A stretch of 64,000 nucleotides of DNA, taken from Candidatus Aenigmatarchaeota archaeon (GTDB lineage: Archaea > Aenigmatarchaeota > Aenigmatarchaeia > CG10238-14). Shown piece by piece: positions 1-7,225 of the stretch. Every line of letters starts with the position of its first letter. Position 1 is the first letter of the stretch. The notes beneath the pieces are model-generated. The model had not been told where the DNA came from, made no database searches, and worked only from the letters and a program-made list of their open reading frames with translations. Both the position numbers and the translations under genes were made by a program. The stretch spans positions 55,261 through 119,260 of the forward strand of contig JASEGC010000001.1 of the NCBI GenBank assembly GCA_030018415.1. Direction: 5' to 3'.

Positions 1-104
1 TGAAGCTTAATGCACATATCCAACCCATGTCTCGTTTTTTATTATATCTTCCCAATTATTTGTGTTTTTATTCTAAGTATGTTAAAATAACATGAGGATG
101 CAAG

Positions 105-443
105 ATGAAAGTAAAATGTAGTTTTTGTGGAAGAGACCCATTCCTCTATCATATCTTTTCTCAGTGGTGTCTCACAAAAAAACCAGAAGAGTCGATAATC
201 GTTGAAAGTACTGTAGCTTCTCATCTGGCTAGAAAGTTTAACATAGGCTACTGGAAAAATAAGAGGGAAATCGATGTTGTAGTTTTTGGAAAAGAGTTAT
301 TCGGAGTTGAAGTCAAGTATAAAGAAAAAGCAGAATTTGCGAAAACTAGAGTTGGAAGAATAAGAAGTGTTATAACTTTGACAAAAAATGAATTTAACGA
401 AAAACCTTTGGCAATACCAGTAAAGTTTTTCTTTCTTGTCTAG
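105..443 (+). pseudogene. Fragment of AAA+ ATPase/DUF4143-type protein (C-terminal PD-(D/E)XK-like part only)
   Basis: DPFLY...VES.VA.HL...YWKNKREIDVV...GVEVKY is the typical C-terminus of DUF4143 ATPases. The ATPase part is absent and an unrelated MKVKCSFCG start precedes it. Confidence 0.55.
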
Positions 444-543
444 AGTGTTAGATAGTTGTAAAGAAATAAAAAGCAAATTTAAACATAAATAATTAAGAGT
501 AAAAAGCAATGAATCTTTAATTCAGGCTTAGTCATCTACAAAA

Positions 544-619
544 GCCTCAGTAGCTTCAGCCTGGTTAAAGCGCCACACTGGTAATGTGGAGACCGCGGGT
601 TCAAATCCCGCCTGAGGCT
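544..619 (+). tRNA. tRNA-Thr(GGT), no intron, CCA not encoded
   Basis: Acceptor GCCTCAG/CTGAGGC, anticodon arm CCACA-CTGGTAA-TGTGG, T arm GCGGG-TTCAAAT-CCCGC. Confidence 0.95.
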
Positions 620-645
620 TTTTAAAACATTAAATTCTAGAAGTT

Positions 646-1119
646 TCAGTAATACAACAGATGAACAAAACTTACTTGTTCCTTTTTTGGTAAATAGAAT
701 ATTTCCATCAAATAGATTCCCAAACCTTTTACTGTTTTATCTTCCCCCTCGTGAAATGTTTTTGATTCACCATCAATGCCCAACACAGCAGTATCATCAT
801 CTATGACTCCTAACAGAGTTATCATGTAAGTGACGTTCTCTTCTTCGACTTGAATGGATTGGCCCTCAAATAACCAGCATTTATGGTCTTCACAATAAGA
901 TCGTTTCATGATCGTTGGTACGGTTGTAGTAGTTATGATGATAGTCGTGGGAGGAATGGTGGTAGTGAGTAAAGTAGTAGTTGGGGTAACTGTTGTTGTG
1001 GTTGTGACTGTGACAACCTCTTTTGGTAAACTTATTAATTCAGTTAAAATTCCAAGAATTACAATCAAAATTATCAGTAATAAAATTAATCCAAACTTTA
1101 CAGGATTACTAACAGTCAT
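646..1119 (-). CDS. Membrane-anchored protein: TM helix, Thr-rich stalk, single S-layer-like beta domain
   Basis: N-terminal hydrophobic helix and poly-Thr linker. The C-terminal domain aligns by eye with an internal segment of the S-layer protein at 38669-41275. Confidence 0.75.
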   Translation of the reverse strand: MTVSNPVKFGLILLLIILIVILGILTELISLPKEVVTVTTTTTVTPTTTLLTTTIPPTTIIITTTTVPTIMKRSYCEDHKCWLFEGQSIQVEEENVTYMITLLGVIDDDTAVLGIDGESKTFHEGEDKTVKGLGIYLMEIFYLPKKEQVSFVHLLYY

Positions 1120-1163
1120 TAATCCTTAAAATAAGTTAAAAAAATTTATACTTGTACCCTAAG

Positions 1164-3191
1164 TCATCTAAGACCCATACAACCGTCATAGCAATCGAAC
1201 ATCGGTCTTCTTCTGCCGCTTGTGAATAACCAATATCCTCCAAACAAAAATACCAAGAATATTATTAACAAGATGAGTAGGATCCATGGTAACCATAGAA
1301 ATATTCCTGTTGGAAAGATGGGCCATCTCCAAGGTCTTATGACACGCATAGTTGAGGTAGCAGAATATTCAGTTGAATCTTTTGCAATTATAGTGAATTC
1401 ATAATAGCCTTCTTCTGCATCACAAGGAACCGAAACATAAGCAGTAACAGTTTTCCTTTCATCAGGATCTAGTGTAATCGTACTTGGTACACCAGTTACC
1501 CACTCAGCTCCGATACCAGTTAAACTGATCGTAAAAGTATCAGAAACTTTTCCTGTGTTTGTTACACCGAAAGTTATCCTCTCCTTCTGACAATTTTCTA
1601 GTATAAATTCTGGTTTTATTTCTACGTAAGGAATGCCAACTTGAACTTCAAAATCTTTAGTCCATGTATCAGAAGTATGAATATTCCAAACAGTCACTTT
1701 GAACGATTGTTTTCCGGAGACGTCTTCAGGTACGGTAATAGTTACAAAAACATCTTTGCTTCCCCTAGCTGGTATGTCAAACTCTCCAGTGTAGAACGTT
1801 TTTGAAAATGCCTCCAACTTCATCTTTACATTTTTCTCGTATTTCGTTCCACAACTCAAAACTCTAACGTAGACTTTGTTCCTTTCACCAGGCTTCAATT
1901 CTTCCTCAGTCCATATTTTTTCTACAGATAAACAATGCTCTGCCTCTCTCACATAATAACCAACAGGGCTTATCGAGAACGTTCTTGTAGAAGTATCTGT
2001 TTTAGTATCAACTTCTGCCTTCACTTTTATCGTATGCGGACCTGTCGTATACTTATCAGTATCGATGGTAAACTGGAATGTCTCTGTGCCCAATTTATAG
2101 AATCTAATGCTAGCTGAATGAACTAGATTATCATCCACATAACCTTTCACGTAAACTGTTTCAGGTAGACGAGCATAATTTAATGTTATAGGAGTCGAAA
2201 CAAGGACTATATCACCTAAATCTGGATATTCATTGTCCAAGCTTATAGAACCCACTACAACCCTGTATCTATAAGGAATACAATCTTTGACATCCAATTC
2301 AGAATAAACATTCTCGATTATTGTTCCAGTCTCTACTTTAGCTCTAACATCATGAATTCCTTCATCCGAAAAATAGGCAGAGTAATGATAATCCACGCTG
2401 AAGGTTTTGGTTTGACCTCTGTCTAGATATTTTTCATCTCTGTCAATATAATGCCAATTTCCCCTATCATCTTCAACGTAGAATTTGGTTGTTACAAAAG
2501 TGTTATCAGGACCCTGTTCTAGATTCACACGAATCGACATCTCAACAGTTTCATCCTGGCCCATACAAATCGTGTCTGGATTCACATCAAAATCCGATAT
2601 TCTGAGTTTAACACCTTCTTCTTTTTTTCTGAGTGTTAAATCTATTCTTTTAGTCTCAGTGCAAGCACATGTAACTGTGGCAGAATCTGAGTAATATCCA
2701 TCTCTTGTGACTTCAACCTTGTGAGTGCCTAGCTGAATGTCAATAGTCAAATGGTCATCATATCCTTTGTATGAGTTATCCACGTATATGTTACCATCTA
2801 TGGAATTGCCATTCTGGTCTTTCACGTAAATGTCAAGAGTACAGTATCGCGGCTGGACAATTCTTTTTAGGTATATTACTTCATTAATCGGGTCACAACA
2901 TGACCTACAATAAACCCAGATTGAGTCAGTTTCATAACCTTCAGCAGATGCTGTAATCTTGTTATTCGAGTATAGGATTGTGTTGAAAGTAACTTGTCCG
3001 TTCTCGTTTGTAGTAAGCTCTCCTCCGCTCCACGTCACCTTAGTTCCTCTCATGGGAACTCGCGTGTCTTCGTCTATGACAGTTATAGTCGTAGGACAAT
3101 ATTGTATTGCGTTAACATTAACAACAAAATTTAGGGTAAAGACTAATAGTAAAATGAACAAAATTAATATTGTATATTTACTCACAAACAT
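1164..3191 (-). CDS. Large cell-surface protein (PEGA/CARDB/Ig-like repeats, C-terminal TM anchor)
   Basis: Signal peptide, beta-rich repeats, VTNTGKVSDTFTI motif, C-terminal TM helix. Start moved to ATG at 3191. Confidence 0.75.
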   Translation of the reverse strand: MFVSKYTILILFILLLVFTLNFVVNVNAIQYCPTTITVIDEDTRVPMRGTKVTWSGGELTTNENGQVTFNTILYSNNKITASAEGYETDSIWVYCRSCCDPINEVIYLKRIVQPRYCTLDIYVKDQNGNSIDGNIYVDNSYKGYDDHLTIDIQLGTHKVEVTRDGYYSDSATVTCACTETKRIDLTLRKKEEGVKLRISDFDVNPDTICMGQDETVEMSIRVNLEQGPDNTFVTTKFYVEDDRGNWHYIDRDEKYLDRGQTKTFSVDYHYSAYFSDEGIHDVRAKVETGTIIENVYSELDVKDCIPYRYRVVVGSISLDNEYPDLGDIVLVSTPITLNYARLPETVYVKGYVDDNLVHSASIRFYKLGTETFQFTIDTDKYTTGPHTIKVKAEVDTKTDTSTRTFSISPVGYYVREAEHCLSVEKIWTEEELKPGERNKVYVRVLSCGTKYEKNVKMKLEAFSKTFYTGEFDIPARGSKDVFVTITVPEDVSGKQSFKVTVWNIHTSDTWTKDFEVQVGIPYVEIKPEFILENCQKERITFGVTNTGKVSDTFTISLTGIGAEWVTGVPSTITLDPDERKTVTAYVSVPCDAEEGYYEFTIIAKDSTEYSATSTMRVIRPWRWPIFPTGIFLWLPWILLILLIIFLVFLFGGYWLFTSGRRRPMFDCYDGCMGLR

Positions 3192-3258
3192 ACTGTTGAA
3201 TTTTACAGTAAAGTATTTAAAGTTTTCGCTACTCGATAGTAAAAACAAATGTGATAGA

Positions 3259-3582
3259 ATGAGAAAAAGAGTAAAAAAACCTTTTTCACAGACAAGAATA
3301 GCAAAGGAAAGGATAGAAAGGCTGTTTGATTTGGCTAAAGATGAGTTAAAAAATCATCCTGAAAGAAGCAAAAAATACGTAGAACTTGCCAGAAAAATAG
3401 GTAAAAGGTACAACGTTAGGTTCACAAAAGGACAAAAAAGAAATTTCTGTAAGAGATGTAACCAATTGTTGATGCCAAACAAAACTTCTCAAGTCAGAAT
3501 AGACTCAAAGAAAAAACTCATAATTATTAAGTGCATGGATTGCGGTTATATATACAGATATCCCTACGAGAGGAGGAAATAA
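3259..3582 (+). CDS. rnp4: Ribonuclease P protein component 4 (Rpp21)
   Basis: IAKERIERLF...YVELARKIG...CKRC...CMDCG zinc ribbon. True start is ATG 3259. Confidence 0.92.
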   Translation: MRKRVKKPFSQTRIAKERIERLFDLAKDELKNHPERSKKYVELARKIGKRYNVRFTKGQKRNFCKRCNQLLMPNKTSQVRIDSKKKLIIIKCMDCGYIYRYPYERRK

Positions 3583-3583
3583 C

Positions 3584-3832
3584 TTGCCGTTCGACTGGAA
3601 CCTTGTCAGCATCAGCTTAACAGTAGTTTTTATAGCAACATTCGTTTTGTTCTACATATTCGACAACCTTGCAAAAATATGGAGTTTATGCGAAAAAAAT
3701 AAAAGTTTTAAAGTATGTACATTAGGTTCATTACCAGTCATCGTACTCATGCTTTTGTTGATAGCTGGCGGGTTGATAATGGTAATAAACATAACTGCAT
3801 ACATAATGATATCTGGAAGTACACGTGTTTAG
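3584..3832 (+). CDS. Small two-TM membrane protein
   Basis: TTG start after GGAGG, two hydrophobic helices, operonic position. Confidence 0.65.
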   Translation: MPFDWNLVSISLTVVFIATFVLFYIFDNLAKIWSLCEKNKSFKVCTLGSLPVIVLMLLLIAGGLIMVINITAYIMISGSTRV

Positions 3833-4250
3833 TATGAAAGATGTGGATCCAAAGAGGTTCATCGAAGTTTGTAAAGAAGAATTGAAAAGGGTTGAAAAGA
3901 TTAAACCACCCAGTTGGGCAAAATTTGCAAAAACTGGAATGAGTAGAAAATTTCCTCCCAAACAAGAAGATTGGTGGTATACGAGAGCAGCATCAATACT
4001 GAGAAGAATTTATCTTGATGGTCCAGTCGGTGTTCAAAGATTAAGGACATATTATGGCGGAAGAAAAGATAGAGGACATAAACCAGAAAGATTTAAGAAA
4101 TCTGGAGGTAGTATAATTAGAAAATGCCTACAACAATTGGAATCAGCCGAACTGATACAAAAAAGTCAAAACACGAAAAAGAAAGGTAGAATAATCAGTG
4201 AAAAGGGAAAAAAATTTATAAGTAAAATATTATCCGAAGTGAAAAAATGA
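3825..4250 (+). CDS. rps19e: 30S ribosomal protein S19e
   Basis: PPSWAKFAKTG...WWYTRAASILRRIY...GPVGV.RLR..YGG motifs. Confidence 0.97.
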   Translation: MFSMKDVDPKRFIEVCKEELKRVEKIKPPSWAKFAKTGMSRKFPPKQEDWWYTRAASILRRIYLDGPVGVQRLRTYYGGRKDRGHKPERFKKSGGSIIRKCLQQLESAELIQKSQNTKKKGRIISEKGKKFISKILSEVKK

Positions 4251-4513
4251 ATTATTTGACGCCTGAACAACTGCAACAACTGCAAGAATTGGAAAAGTTG
4301 AAGAAAATTGTGATGAGAAAAGTACTGACAAAAGAGGCCGTAGAAAGGCTGGGAAGGATAAGGATGGTTAAACCAGAGTTGGCTACACAGTTAGAACTTT
4401 ATTTAGTGCAATTGTATCAGTCTGGTCAAATTAAGAGTGTGATCAATGATACTCAGTTGAAAAAAATATTGGACTCTATAACTCAGAGTCCAAAATTCAA
4501 GATAATCAAGTAA
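4247..4513 (+). CDS. PDCD5/TFAR19-like DNA-binding protein
   Basis: LTKEAVERLGRIRMVKPELA..LE.YL.QL.QSG motif; conserved neighbour of rps19e. Confidence 0.9.
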   Translation: MNYLTPEQLQQLQELEKLKKIVMRKVLTKEAVERLGRIRMVKPELATQLELYLVQLYQSGQIKSVINDTQLKKILDSITQSPKFKIIK

Positions 4514-4518
4514 TTCAA

Positions 4519-4743
4519 ATGACAAAAACTAAAAAAGTTGGCTTGACAGGAAAGTTTGGATCAAGATATGGGAGAGGAGTTAAAATTGTATATGAAAAAA
4601 TAGAAAGAAAGCAAAAACTAAAGTATACATGTCCAAATTGTAAAAGAACATCGGTCAAGAGAATTTCAGCTGGCATTTGGCAATGTATGAAATGTCATAC
4701 AAAATTTGCTGGTGGGGCGTATTCTCCAAAGACTGAATCATAA
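4519..4743 (+). CDS. rpl37ae: 50S ribosomal protein L37Ae (eL43)
   Basis: KKVG.TGKFG.RYG, CPNC, GIWQC.KC...AGGAY. Confidence 0.97.
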   Translation: MTKTKKVGLTGKFGSRYGRGVKIVYEKIERKQKLKYTCPNCKRTSVKRISAGIWQCMKCHTKFAGGAYSPKTES

Positions 4744-4752
4744 AGTGATGAA

Positions 4753-4915
4753 ATGGTTTTTAAATGTATAAAATGTAAGAGTGTGGTTGAGGAATTAGAA
4801 GAAAGAATCAGATGTCCTTATTGCGGGCATACTTGTTTGGTTTGAAGCCAGCAAGGCCCAGAGAATTTTCGTTAAAATGAGGCCCGAAGTAATTAAGAGA
4901 GTACAAGCTAGATAG
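4753..4915 (+). CDS. rpoP: RNA polymerase subunit P (Rpo12), interrupted by a 31-nt BHB intron at 4831-4861
   Basis: Exon 1 MVFKCIKC...IRCPYCGH plus exon 2 RIFVKMRPEVIKRVQAR* gives 43 aa. It lies in the conserved rpl37ae-rpoP-pcc1-pfdB order and is missed by the ORF track. Confidence 0.9.
4831..4861 (+). other. BHB-type mRNA intron in rpoP (31 nt)
   Basis: Central helix GGGC/GCCC, 3-nt bulges AT^A and AG^A, intron stem CTTG...CAAG. Removal restores the frame. Confidence 0.88.
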
Positions 4916-4992
4916 AATTATTTCTCGTAATCCTCTCTAATTCTTCTTTTTGATTTATATGAATGGGTTTCCTATTATATTATCGATAAAAA

Positions 4993-5220
4993 ATGCAAGC
5001 AACTTTAAAGATTGAATGCAAGAACCCTGAAATTATTAAAAAAAGTTTATTACCTGATATCAAAGAAAGAAAAGATTTAAAGATTAATTTGAAAACTGAT
5101 AAAAATAATTTAATCATAAAAATCGAATCTAAAAAGATAAGTTATTTAAAAGCTGTTATCAATACATATTTATCTCTTGTCAAGACTTTGAAAGAACTGG
5201 AGGAATTACATGATCACTAA
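4993..5220 (+). CDS. pcc1: KEOPS complex subunit Pcc1
   Basis: SLLPD...IES..ISYLKAVINTYL motif; position between rpoP and pfdB. Confidence 0.8.
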   Translation: MQATLKIECKNPEIIKKSLLPDIKERKDLKINLKTDKNNLIIKIESKKISYLKAVINTYLSLVKTLKELEELHDH

Positions 5221-5545
5221 AGAAGATAGAAAATTGCTTGACCAATTTCAATCGTACCAACAACAACTTCAAGCGATACTAATACAGAAAGAAAACTTAA
5301 GATTGCAGATACTTGAGGTCGATAAAGCTGTAGAAGAATTAGAATTAAGCAAGGAGAAAGAGGCTTATAAAATCGCTGGACCAATAATGATAAAGAAAAG
5401 TTCCGTTGACTTGAAGAACGAATTAAAAGAAAAGAAAGAGAATTACAATTTGAGGATAAAAACTCTGGAAAAAGCCGAAAATAGAATAACAAACAGTTTA
5501 AGAGAGATGGAACCCAAGTTAAAAGAAATAATAAAAGAAGGTTGA
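5210..5545 (+). CDS. pfdB: Prefoldin beta subunit
   Basis: Coiled coil with AYKIAGPIMIK hairpin. Confidence 0.92.
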   Translation: MITKEDRKLLDQFQSYQQQLQAILIQKENLRLQILEVDKAVEELELSKEKEAYKIAGPIMIKKSSVDLKNELKEKKENYNLRIKTLEKAENRITNSLREMEPKLKEIIKEG

Positions 5546-5549
5546 TTCT

Positions 5550-5807
5550 ATGAAAAACATAGAACCGATCATCAAGCTGTTGACAGTTATAATCGAAGAT
5601 AGAACTGTGCCGAGAAATATAAGGGCTGCCGCAGAAGAGGCAAAAAAAGAGTTAACTGAAAAAAGTGATAATACTTGGGATATAAGGTTGAGTTCAGCCA
5701 TATCAACACTCGATGATATAATCAACGATCCAAACATGCCCATTTATACAAGAACACAGATATGGAATGTTGTGAGTATGTTAGAGGCTGTTAAAAGAGA
5801 ATTATAA
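5550..5807 (+). CDS. UPF0147 family protein
   Basis: D.TVPRNIR.AA...DPNMP.YTRT.IW motif. Confidence 0.9.
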   Translation: MKNIEPIIKLLTVIIEDRTVPRNIRAAAEEAKKELTEKSDNTWDIRLSSAISTLDDIINDPNMPIYTRTQIWNVVSMLEAVKREL

Positions 5808-5849
5808 AGTATTTAAGTTTAAGTATCAAATGGAAATTAGGTGAAAATT

Positions 5850-6203
5850 ATGGTGTTTAAATCTATTTTTAGGAGAGAAGAACCCGAAGAAGAGAAGGAA
5901 GAATTCATCGAAATAGAGCCTGAAGGAGAAGATAAGAGAAAAATTAACGTAAGGATAGAAAACTTAAATGATTACAGAGATGTGGAAGGAATTCAAAAAC
6001 TTATGAGAGAAGGAAACATCGTATTCTTGAGGATGAGAAAACTTAGAGAAAGAGATCTAGGAGAATTAAAGAGGTCTGTCGAGAGGTTGAGAAGAACTTC
6101 CATCGCGATGAATGGAGATATAATCGGCATAGATGAAGATTATCTAGTCTTAACACCATCATTTGCAAAGATATACAGAGGAGAAGCACAACAAGCAAAA
6201 TAA
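5850..6203 (+). CDS. sepF: Cell division protein SepF
   Basis: REGNIVFL...ELKRSVERLRR...GDIIGI...LVLTP; SD GGTGA before ATG 5850. Confidence 0.85.
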   Translation: MVFKSIFRREEPEEEKEEFIEIEPEGEDKRKINVRIENLNDYRDVEGIQKLMREGNIVFLRMRKLRERDLGELKRSVERLRRTSIAMNGDIIGIDEDYLVLTPSFAKIYRGEAQQAK

Positions 6204-6276
6204 GATTTCAATGAATACCATATAATTATTGAACGTGAAAGCAAAAAATTTATTTCTAAGAATAAAGATTAAGATT

Positions 6277-6615
6277 ATGAGCAAAAAAATAATCTTTTTG
6301 TTGATGTTGGTAGGAATCGTTTTCTTTTCTGGTTGTATAGGTCAAGAAAAAATAGAGGTTCCTGACAAGGACAAAGCAGTATCAGCATGCGTAGAGGAAT
6401 GTAATTCTAAATTAAGAGAAGGTGTAGATTTAACTAATGGTCCATGTTTGTTGGATCCGATAAGTGATCTACCAGACTGGGTTTGCGATGTTGCCCATGA
6501 ACCTCGACAAGATGTTGATAACGATCCAAAAAATCAGTGTAGTACATACAGAGAGGGGAGGTCACATCATTTTGTTGAAGTAGACCCTAACTGCAATCTA
6601 ATCAAGACTTGGTAA
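6277..6615 (+). CDS. Cys-rich lipoprotein, hypothetical
   Basis: Lipobox FSGC; GPCL...WVCDVAH.PR...DN...NQC...HFVEVD..C. Confidence 0.75.
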   Translation: MSKKIIFLLMLVGIVFFSGCIGQEKIEVPDKDKAVSACVEECNSKLREGVDLTNGPCLLDPISDLPDWVCDVAHEPRQDVDNDPKNQCSTYREGRSHHFVEVDPNCNLIKTW

Positions 6616-6616
6616 A

Positions 6617-7057
6617 ATGACAGGCAAAAAAATGAAGACGATTGCCTTAGTGTTTATTTTATTGATGTTTGGTTCAACTTTTACTTACGCCTTGTTGAAC
6701 TCACTAAGAGGAAGTGGTAAAGAAATACAGATACCGCAAGATAGAATATTAAATTATGAGTTGAATGAAGAACAGAGAAGATACTTGTTAACAAGAGGTT
6801 TTACACTAATCGAATACTCTTATCCCACAGGATGTTTAGAATGCATAAATGTAAAAAACAATCTGGAAAGAATTACTCAAATTTCTGATGGTCAAATATT
6901 CTTGCAAGAATTGATCAAGGAAGGAACGCCTAAACTCACCATCACCAGTTGGAATGGAGGAAAAACACTCAATGACCCCAAGAGTAAAGAAGCAGAAACA
7001 TTAATCTGTGATTTACTGATCGAAAAACCACTTTGGTGTGTGAGCAGTAAGATTTAA
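6617..7057 (+). CDS. Hypothetical secreted/membrane protein (CxxC)
   Basis: N-terminal TM helix, CLEC motif. Confidence 0.7.
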   Translation: MTGKKMKTIALVFILLMFGSTFTYALLNSLRGSGKEIQIPQDRILNYELNEEQRRYLLTRGFTLIEYSYPTGCLECINVKNNLERITQISDGQIFLQELIKEGTPKLTITSWNGGKTLNDPKSKEAETLICDLLIEKPLWCVSSKI

Positions 7058-7221
7058 TTCTTATTCAAATTTTTTATTTTTTCATCAAATTCTTTTATTT
7101 CATCCAAAAATCTTTTAACAACTCTCGGTAAATCCACATCTTGAACCTTCAAAATTTCAGTAGCTTGTTTAAGCAACTTTTCTTTTTTCTTCAATTCCTT
7201 AAATTCTTGTTCTGGGATCAT
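7054..7221 (-). CDS. 55-aa coiled-coil protein paralogous to the AlaRS C-terminal helical (dimerisation) region
   Basis: MIPEQEFKELKKKEKLLKQATEILKVQDVDLPRVVKRFLDEIKEFDEKIKNLNKN*, starting 4 nt after the alaS stop. Not in the ORF track. Confidence 0.75.
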   Translation of the reverse strand: MIPEQEFKELKKKEKLLKQATEILKVQDVDLPRVVKRFLDEIKEFDEKIKNLNKN

Positions 7222-7225
7222 TCAT

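Noticed and set aside
910-1020. GTT/GTA-rich low-complexity tract
   Set aside because: It simply encodes the Thr-rich linker on the minus strand.
2959-3258. 100-aa N-terminal extension of Rpp21 in the ORF track
   Set aside because: It overlaps the opposite-strand surface-protein gene; the real start is ATG 3259.
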